Shown piece after piece: positions 25,813-32,000 of a DNA stretch of 32,000 bases. The notes beneath the pieces are model-generated. The model did not search any database. It was given only the letters and a program-made list of their open reading frames with translations, and was not told the origin of the DNA. Each line of letters opens with the position of its first letter. The first letter of the stretch is position 1. The DNA is from Coprobacillaceae bacterium (lineage in GTDB: Bacteria; Bacillota_I; Bacilli_A; Erysipelotrichales; Coprobacillaceae), in the NCBI GenBank assembly GCA_963675515.1, contig OY776328.1, forward strand, positions 1,080,001-1,112,000. The letters run 5' to 3'. A program made the position numbers and the translations under genes.

Positions 25813-26265
25813 ATGGAAAAATTAAGAATCAAGATAGCTAGAAGCACCGATGTGTTGGCTATCGAAAACATCATTCAGCAAGCTTATCACAAATATGTAG
25901 CAATCATGCCCAAAGAACCCGCACCCTTGCTTGAAAACTATAGCGAGGTGGTCCAAGGAGGTTCGACTTTTATCGGCATGCAGGGTGAAGAGGCGGTTGC
26001 CGTAATGGTTCTCAAGGAACATGAGGAATTCATGTTGATAAACAACCTGGCGGTAGCTCCGGACTATCAGGGCAAAGGTTGGGGCAAGGCGATGCTCCAG
26101 CTAGGAGAGGTTCTCGCAAACAAGAGGGGCAAGATGCAAACCCAGCTTTACACAAACGAGATGATGGCTGACAATGTCTCTTTCTACCAGAACGCGGGCT
26201 ACCAGATTTCCGACAACAGGTCGGAGGACGGTTACAGCCGCGTCTATTTCACGAAATATGTATGA
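25813..26265 (+). CDS. GNAT-family N-acetyltransferase
   Basis: This 150-aa protein carries the acetyl-CoA motif A, LAVAPDYQGKGWGKAML. Confidence 0.85.
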   Translation: MEKLRIKIARSTDVLAIENIIQQAYHKYVAIMPKEPAPLLENYSEVVQGGSTFIGMQGEEAVAVMVLKEHEEFMLINNLAVAPDYQGKGWGKAMLQLGEVLANKRGKMQTQLYTNEMMADNVSFYQNAGYQISDNRSEDGYSRVYFTKYV

Positions 26266-26287
26266 TCACAAATTATGATACTTTAAC

Positions 26288-26332
26288 CAAAAATATTGGC
26301 GAACTCTTCAATGAGAGCAGCCAATATTTTTT
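26288..26332. terminator. bidirectional intrinsic terminator between convergent genes
   Basis: aaaaatattggc pairs with gccaatattttt. The stem arms are 26293-26300 and 26320-26327, with flanking A- and T-runs. Confidence 0.65.
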
Positions 26333-26391
26333 CGTTATTTGGGTTCAATGTTCGATCATTCGTGACGATTGTAAATTGTGTTTAGGTGTAA

Positions 26392-26778
26392 TCATCCCAG
26401 ATTGTTCATCGCCTTTTTAAGCGATTCTTCGACCTCCTTGGCGATTTCATTCAGGCTGTCATCTTCGATGGTCCTGATCAGTTGGGTGGGCAAAAGCATT
26501 CCCATGTAGATCTGGCCATCAAGGTCATAGACGACAACCTTGCAAGGTAGAAAATACCCTGCTTCGGGATTTTTCATCAGGACTTCCTGGGCTTTTTTCG
26601 GGTTGCAGGCTTCCATCACCTTGAAATCGATATCGAATTCAAGCCCTTTTTCTTGAAGCTTGTCCTTGAAATTAAGCTCCCACAGGACCCCGAACTGTTC
26701 CTTTGCCAGGGCTTCCTTGAATTTGGCGACGGTCTGTTCAAATGAATAGGGTGAGGCCACTTTGTATTGGATTTCCAT
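26392..26778 (-). CDS. DUF302 domain-containing protein
   Basis: The start is set at ATG 26778 after RBS GGAAGGAGA. The sequence MEIQYKVASPYSFEQTV...FGVLWELNFKDKL...LPCKVVVY matches the DUF302 pattern. Confidence 0.75.
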   Translation of the reverse strand: MEIQYKVASPYSFEQTVAKFKEALAKEQFGVLWELNFKDKLQEKGLEFDIDFKVMEACNPKKAQEVLMKNPEAGYFLPCKVVVYDLDGQIYMGMLLPTQLIRTIEDDSLNEIAKEVEESLKKAMNNLG

Positions 26779-27055
26779 TATTGATCTCCTTCCGACCAGA
26801 TTCCAAGTTGATTTCTTACTCAAATTGTAGCACTGGCCATAATCGAATGCAAACAATCCACTTTGTAAGGACACCTTATGATTTAAGGCTGATTGTAAAT
26901 TCGAAGCCGGGCAGATAAAGATTTTTTAACGGACAATTAACTTTTACCTGGTATAAGGAATTGCGGGGATGGCTATAATTGAGGGTGAAATGAAGCATTG
27001 GATAATGTGAAAATTCACTTAGAGAAAAAAGGTATTTCCAATTTAGGAGGAGAAT

Positions 27056-28411
27056 ATGGAATTCAAAAAAATGAAGGTTACCACTTCGGCATTGCTGGCG
27101 GGATTGATTGTTGCAGGAAGCACAATCCCATCAAGCGCATTGAACAAAACAGGGAAACTTACCGGAACCGGAAAGGATGTCAAGAACGTGATTGTCATGA
27201 TTTCGGACGGCTGGGGTTACAACCAGATTATGGCCACCGATTACTACACAGAGGGCAGAGCGGACACCCAAATCTATGAAAACTTTCCGACCCAGCTTTC
27301 GATGAGCACTTATTCAACTGGAAGTTATGATCCCGCGACAATCTGGAATGATTTCAACAACTTGAATATCGCTCCGACTGATTCTGCCGCGGCGGGAACT
27401 GCCATGTCGACCGGGGAGAAGACATATGATGCGGCAATCGGTGTCGACCTTGAAGAAGCGGACATGACTCATATTTCGGAAACATTCGAAAGCCTGGGCC
27501 GGTCAACCGGGGTTGTATCGACTGTGGAATTCTCACATGCGACACCGGCAAGCTTCATTGCCCATGATTCAAACCGCAACAATTATGCGGATATCGCCAA
27601 TGACATGATCTACCAGAGCAGCGCTGATGTCATCATCGGTTGTGGTAATCCTGATTACGACAATGATGGCAACGAGGCAAGCATGACCACCAAATATGTC
27701 GGTGGAGACGCTACCTGGGCTGATCTTAGCGACGGAAGTGTGACCGGGGCTGATGCCAACGGTGACGGGGTGGCTGATGACTGGTCGGTAATCCAATCTA
27801 AATCCGATTTCGAAGCATTGACAACCGGAAAGACGCCTGACCGGCTGATCGGAATCCCTGAGGTCTATACGACTTTGCAACAGGCCCGCAGCGGCGATGG
27901 GAAAGGAGATGCTTATGAAGTTGCCTTGAATGACAACTTGCCTGATCTGGCCACAATGTCTCAAGTTGCGCTCAATGTGTTGGACAACAACGATGAAGGT
28001 TTCTTCTTGATGATCGAGGGTGGGGCGATTGACTGGGCTGGCCATGCCAACCAAAGCGGCCGTCTTATCGAGGAACAGGAAGACTTCAACACCGCAGTGG
28101 AGGCCGTATGTGAATGGGTTGAACAAAACAGCAGCTGGTCCCAGACCATGCTGGTAGTTACCGGTGACCATGAAACAGGATACCTTACTGGTACTGCGGG
28201 TGTTTACGATGAGGTTGTAAACAATGGTGCAGGCATCATGCCGACAATGGCTTGGAACAGTGGGAACCACACCAACCAACTTATCCCATTCTTCGCCAAA
28301 GGTGCTGGAGCTGAAATTTTCAAAAAGCTGGCTGATCAAGTGGATCCAGTAAGGGGAAAATACCTTGACAATACGGAAATCGTAACTGCCATCAATGCCT
28401 TAATCAACTGA
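27056..28411 (+). CDS. secreted alkaline phosphatase (PhoA family)
   Basis: RBS AGGAGG is present, and the N-terminal signal peptide reads MKVTTSALLAGLIVAGS. The active-site motif is TDSAAAGTAMSTG. Metal-ligand regions are GGAIDWAGHAN and TGDHETG. Confidence 0.9.
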   Translation: MEFKKMKVTTSALLAGLIVAGSTIPSSALNKTGKLTGTGKDVKNVIVMISDGWGYNQIMATDYYTEGRADTQIYENFPTQLSMSTYSTGSYDPATIWNDFNNLNIAPTDSAAAGTAMSTGEKTYDAAIGVDLEEADMTHISETFESLGRSTGVVSTVEFSHATPASFIAHDSNRNNYADIANDMIYQSSADVIIGCGNPDYDNDGNEASMTTKYVGGDATWADLSDGSVTGADANGDGVADDWSVIQSKSDFEALTTGKTPDRLIGIPEVYTTLQQARSGDGKGDAYEVALNDNLPDLATMSQVALNVLDNNDEGFFLMIEGGAIDWAGHANQSGRLIEEQEDFNTAVEAVCEWVEQNSSWSQTMLVVTGDHETGYLTGTAGVYDEVVNNGAGIMPTMAWNSGNHTNQLIPFFAKGAGAEIFKKLADQVDPVRGKYLDNTEIVTAINALIN

Positions 28412-28436
28412 CTTATTTAGAAATACAATTCGATAC

Positions 28437-28476
28437 CAAAAAGGCGACCTCATTTACTGAAGTCGCCCTTTGTATT
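28437..28476. terminator. bidirectional intrinsic terminator (phosphatase / MarR convergent)
   Basis: ggcgac (28443-28448) pairs with gtcgcc (28462-28467). An A-run lies upstream and a T-rich stretch downstream. Confidence 0.6.
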
Positions 28477-28522
28477 ATTCTGTTTCACCGGACTAAGAAT
28501 GTTGTTCCCGTCCAGGAATTGA

Positions 28523-28945
28523 TTATTGCGGGATGTTGCTGGAAATGCGCCCCAGCAGACTGATGATAGTTTTTAGTTCCTCCTGGGAAAGGTTGCTTGT
28601 CAGCTGGCGGTCGAAATTGGCGATCTCCTCGCAAATCTTCGAGCTTATCTCCAAAGATTTCTTATCCAGGGTTATCTGTTTATGGCGGGCATCGTCTTTG
28701 CTTGGAGTCCGGATGATGTAGCCATCTCGCTCGAGGTTCTTAAGGATTCCTGAAGCGGTTGCCGGGCGGAGGTTGAATTCCTCTTCAATATCCCTTTGAA
28801 TCAACCCATCCTGCTGTTTGGCGATTATGAAGTGGAGCACATGACCCTGGGTCCCCGTAAGACCGGTCCTTTTAGAGAGAATCCCCATGTTGCGTTTGAT
28901 CTGGTTTGAAAGGTTCGTTATTTCTTTGCCTACATTGTATTCCAT
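28523..28945 (-). CDS. MarR-family transcriptional regulator
   Basis: This 140-aa protein has a winged-HTH pattern (LTGTQGHVLHFI...QRDIEEEFNLRPATASGILKNLERDGYIIR). RBS AAAGGAG lies upstream. Confidence 0.85.
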   Translation of the reverse strand: MEYNVGKEITNLSNQIKRNMGILSKRTGLTGTQGHVLHFIIAKQQDGLIQRDIEEEFNLRPATASGILKNLERDGYIIRTPSKDDARHKQITLDKKSLEISSKICEEIANFDRQLTSNLSQEELKTIISLLGRISSNIPQ

Positions 28946-28985
28946 CTTGTCTCCTTTGGATATATTGATCCTGGCTTTTGTACAC

Positions 28986-29001
28986 TGTTATGATTATAAC
29001 A
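28986..29001 (-). promoter_or_regulatory. 6-4-6 inverted repeat overlapping an extended -10 (TGTTATAAT on the minus strand) upstream of marR
   Basis: tgttat (28986-28991), gatt, then ataaca (28996-29001). The minus strand reads TGTTATAATCATAACA. Confidence 0.4.
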
Positions 29002-29014
29002 TAGCAATGATGCA

Positions 29015-30424
29015 TTATTTCAGGGAATCAAAGTTTTTTGAATAATTTTTGACGCGGGGAGCCAATGCTTTGACTTGGGCGAATGTCAGGAATGATACAG
29101 CGACAGCTAGGATGACCAGAACAAACAACGCGCCTTGTTTCGTCGTGGTGGAGTTGATTGTTTCGTTTTGGAAGAACGCCAGACTGGCTGCGCAAACTGC
29201 AGTTCCGATCCCGCCGGATAGCTGCTGAAGGGTCTGAATTGCGGCATTTCCATCCGCCTTTTGGCTCCCTTTCAGGCTGTTCAAAGCGCAAGTAAGAGTG
29301 TTTCCGACAGTCAGTCCGACCCCTACCATATAAAGGAAATAGAATGAGACGCACAGCGTGTAATTCAGTCGATTGAAAAGAACAAGAAATAAGGCGATGG
29401 ATACCCAGGCAAACAAGGCGCCGCCAATGATGGGTTTTCTAGGACCGAATTTATCCAGCAGGATCCCCCCGACCAATGCAAAGGTCGCCCCGACCAGAGA
29501 TCCAGGAAGAGCGACAAGTCCTGCTGACAAAGCCGATTGTCCCAGTACGGTTTGGACAAATATCGGAAGAAGAAGGCTCAATGCCAGGGTAATGATTTGG
29601 ACGGCCATGATTGCACCCAGATGCCAGCTGAATGTTGTGTTTGAAAATATTTCCAGGTCAATCAATGGTTCGTCACTTCTCTTGCTTTGTTTCAAGAAGA
29701 TGGTTAGCGCACAAAGTCCTATGGCGAAATAGACAACTATTGTCGCAGGATTAGTGAAAATCCTGTCAAGGTTGGAAAAGGCGAACATCAAAGCGATAAA
29801 AGCTGATGCAATGGCGCCATATCCCTTCCAGTCGATCTTGACAGCTTTATCGCCCGGTAACTTTTCAATGCACCAGTTGCCAACAATCAGGGCGATGATA
29901 ATTACAGGAAGCACCGCTGCGAAGATGAAACGCCAGTTGAAGTATTCGACCATCAACCCGCCAAAAGTCGGCCCAAGAGCCGGAGCCGATGCAATAACCA
30001 AAGATCCCACTCCCATCATCCGCCCCAACATATGCTCAGGCGTTTCAACAAGGATGATGTTGTACATCAAGGGCAGGGCAATCCCGACAGCCATACCTTG
30101 GATAACCCGTCCAAGCAACAATATGGTGAAATTACCTGTCGTCACGTCGACAAGGATTCCGGTGATGAAAAGCATCCCTGCAAAAATGAATAGACTCCGT
30201 TTGGGAAATCTCTTGTTTAGATATGAAGACAGAGGGATCATCATCCCAAGTGCAAGCAGGTTGCCGGTGGTCATCCATTGCACAGTCGAAGTGGCAACAT
30301 CGAATTCGCGAATCAGTGTGGGAAATGTGATGTTCGTGGCAGTCTCGATCAAAATGCCGCAAAAAGCGAACAGCCCCGCTGCCACTATAGCCAGGAATTT
30401 TCTTGCTGTAAGTTTATTGTTCAT
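29015..30424 (-). CDS. MFS efflux transporter, DHA2 (EmrB/QacA, 14-TM) type
   Basis: This 469-aa protein is hydrophobic throughout. It carries MFS motif-A-like LLLGRVIQGMAVG and DHA2-like motifs. RBS GGAGG is present. It lies directly upstream of marR on the same strand. Confidence 0.85.
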   Translation of the reverse strand: MNNKLTARKFLAIVAAGLFAFCGILIETATNITFPTLIREFDVATSTVQWMTTGNLLALGMMIPLSSYLNKRFPKRSLFIFAGMLFITGILVDVTTGNFTILLLGRVIQGMAVGIALPLMYNIILVETPEHMLGRMMGVGSLVIASAPALGPTFGGLMVEYFNWRFIFAAVLPVIIIALIVGNWCIEKLPGDKAVKIDWKGYGAIASAFIALMFAFSNLDRIFTNPATIVVYFAIGLCALTIFLKQSKRSDEPLIDLEIFSNTTFSWHLGAIMAVQIITLALSLLLPIFVQTVLGQSALSAGLVALPGSLVGATFALVGGILLDKFGPRKPIIGGALFAWVSIALFLVLFNRLNYTLCVSFYFLYMVGVGLTVGNTLTCALNSLKGSQKADGNAAIQTLQQLSGGIGTAVCAASLAFFQNETINSTTTKQGALFVLVILAVAVSFLTFAQVKALAPRVKNYSKNFDSLK

Positions 30425-30439
30425 AATATACCTCCATGT

Positions 30440-30471
30440 TTAGGAACCTAACCAATTACTTAGGCTCCTAA
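30440..30471. promoter_or_regulatory. two tandem palindromes TTAGGnnCCTAA (candidate MarR operator)
   Basis: ttaggaacctaa (30440-30451) and ttaggctcctaa (30460-30471) are 20 nt apart centre to centre. They lie between the RBS and the -10-like region of the MFS gene. Confidence 0.5.
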
Positions 30472-30807
30472 ATATAATAGCGGGATATTTTCCTAAAGTC
30501 AAGAACAAGCTAATTCTAAATTAGTCGCACCGTGATGAAATTGGTAAGTAAATATTCATGATGGCTAATGGTCATTAGTTATATTCACAATATAATCAAT
30601 CCATGGTTTTGTTTGTGGGAATAGAGACATTTTCATTGTGCCTGTTGTCATATTTGAAAATTTTGGGGAATATTTTAGAAAGATAGATCCCTCAATTTCT
30701 ATATTCATTCAATGATGAAGCTGAAAATTGGTGAATTGGGTCCTGTTATGATGGTTTCAATTTTGCTTCATTCATATGATGGTGTCAATTTGATTTGATT
30801 CATTCAT

Positions 30808-30835
30808 TTGCATTTTCCCTCTTATTTGATATAAT
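30808..30835 (+). promoter_or_regulatory. candidate extended -10 promoter of the GGDEF gene
   Basis: TTGCAT (30808-30813), a 16-nt spacer ending in TGA, then TATAAT (30830-30835). Confidence 0.35.
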
Positions 30836-30881
30836 TAATTTTAAATGCTCCACATATGAGCAATTGGAATCGAGGGGACAT

Positions 30882-31763
30882 ATGAATGATATTTTCGACA
30901 GTATAAGGGAACAACTGGGGCTTTTCAATGCGATGTACGACTTTGTGAGGATAGTCGATCCGATAAGGAAAATCGCCTACCTTGAAGACGGGGCCAACCT
31001 GGATTTCGCAAAGAGCGTATGTCACCGGTTCTGGAAAAGTGGGACCCCTTGCGACAACTGTATCTCAATCAGGGCTATCGAGACAAACAAGGCGACAACT
31101 AAAATTGAGATAAAAGGCGAAGTGGTCTATCTGATCCAGGCGATTCCCATGCAAGTCAAGGGCAAACATTATGTGGTTGAGATCCTCAAGGACATAACCG
31201 AAGATAGGATATTCTATCTCGATGGACAACAGCAAGGAAACCTCCAGGACTATATTTTCAAGATCAACTCGCAATTGGTGATCGATCCGCTCACTAAAGC
31301 ATACAACCGCCGTTATATCGAGGAAAGATTCATCAGCGATCTGAGCCAGATTGAGACAAGGGGAAAGGGCATGGTAATGGCTATCGGTGATATCGATCAT
31401 TTCAAACAGGTTAACGACACATTTGGCCATCTGGCCGGCGACTATGTGCTATCTAAGGTGGCGATGCTGATCAAGGATTCGATCCGCGATTCTTTCGATT
31501 GGGTGGCACGCTATGGCGGGGAGGAATTCCTGGTTGTCCTCAACGGCATCACTGATGAAAAGGCGTTTGAAGTCATCGAAGGCATCCGGGAAAAGATCGA
31601 GTCATTCGACTTCGTTCATGACAACAAAACCATCAAGATAACCTGCAGCTTCGGGCTGGTGACAATAGATGACTCGCACAAGGATTTCGACGAATTGTTT
31701 GCAATAGCCGATGGCAAACTTTACCAGGCCAAAAATCAAGGGCGAAACCAAAGCGTGATTTAG
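30882..31763 (+). CDS. diguanylate cyclase (GGDEF domain, GGEEF active site) with N-terminal Cys-containing sensor domain
   Basis: ATG 30882 follows RBS GAGGGGA. The GGDEF signature reads DPLTKAYNRRY...DIDHFKQVND..GH..GD...RYGGEEF. The N-terminal motif is CHRFWKSGTPCDNCIS. Confidence 0.9.
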   Translation: MNDIFDSIREQLGLFNAMYDFVRIVDPIRKIAYLEDGANLDFAKSVCHRFWKSGTPCDNCISIRAIETNKATTKIEIKGEVVYLIQAIPMQVKGKHYVVEILKDITEDRIFYLDGQQQGNLQDYIFKINSQLVIDPLTKAYNRRYIEERFISDLSQIETRGKGMVMAIGDIDHFKQVNDTFGHLAGDYVLSKVAMLIKDSIRDSFDWVARYGGEEFLVVLNGITDEKAFEVIEGIREKIESFDFVHDNKTIKITCSFGLVTIDDSHKDFDELFAIADGKLYQAKNQGRNQSVI

Positions 31764-31771
31764 GGGAACAT

Positions 31772-32000
31772 ATGGAAAACAGAAAAAAAGAGAGCATGAT
31801 CCTGGCCAAATACAAGCTGGGATTCACAACCAATCCCCTGCGGATCATACATCTATACCTGGTAATCGGTTTTGGCTGGATATTGCTGTCGGATACCGTG
31901 TTGAATGCCCTTATCAATGACAGCAGGCTCAATGCCACATTGCAATCGTACAAAGGGGCCCTTTATGTCTTGTGGACCGGGGCATTGTTGTTTGTGATAA
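31772..32000 (+). CDS. membrane-anchored signalling protein, N-terminus only (runs off window)
   Basis: ATG 31772 lies 8 nt after the GGDEF stop, and the frame is open to the window end. It is absent from the ORF track because it has no stop codon. The sequence MENRKKESMILAKYKLGFTTNPLRIIHLYLVIGFGWILLSD...YVLWTGALLFVI contains two TM-like segments. Confidence 0.55.
   Translation, partial: MENRKKESMILAKYKLGFTTNPLRIIHLYLVIGFGWILLSDTVLNALINDSRLNATLQSYKGALYVLWTGALLFVI

Noticed and set aside
27569-28339. 256-aa ORF antisense to the alkaline phosphatase gene
   Set aside because: It is a shadow ORF inside a confidently identified gene. It has no RBS and a low-complexity, odd composition. The same reasoning applies to 29754-30443 (+) inside the MFS gene, 4272-4661 (+) inside the LysR gene, 21582-22006 (-) inside ribD and 6839-7180 (-) inside the helicase.

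Overview
This window looks like a Bacillota-type chromosome. This taxonomic guess rests on strong GGAGG-type RBSs, the operon order ribD-ribE-ribBA-ribH behind an FMN riboswitch, and Rho-independent terminators. GC-richer housekeeping and transport genes lie at 1-5.2 kb and 20.8-32 kb: EamA and MFS transporters, a LysR regulator, the rib operon, an FNR-like oxidoreductase, GNAT, DUF302, alkaline phosphatase, an MFS-MarR operon and GGDEF signalling genes. They flank a strongly AT-rich accessory block at about 8.4-20.7 kb. Hand GC counts of single 60-nt lines give 22-37% inside the block and 47-63% outside. The accessory region reads as a defence island with no visible integrase. It holds (i) a SAM-methyltransferase overlapping a PLD-nuclease/SF2-helicase/DUF3427-like gene, (ii) a GmrSD-type (DUF262 + DUF1524) type IV restriction enzyme with a DUF4357-like tail and a small downstream ORF, and (iii) a compact two-gene operon at 11851-19859. 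The first gene of that operon encodes a 1101-aa protein with no recognisable domain. The second encodes a 1558-aa DExH helicase fused to a DUF1998/MrfA-type zinc-binding C-terminus. The operon is bracketed by two diverged copies of the 3' end of an FAD-dependent oxidoreductase gene, which suggests cassette-like acquisition at a recombination hotspot. This operon is the best candidate for an uncharacterised system. It is either Druantia type III-like or a new DUF1998-helicase system, and no effector domain is visible. All family assignments come from motif recognition by eye. No database search was possible.
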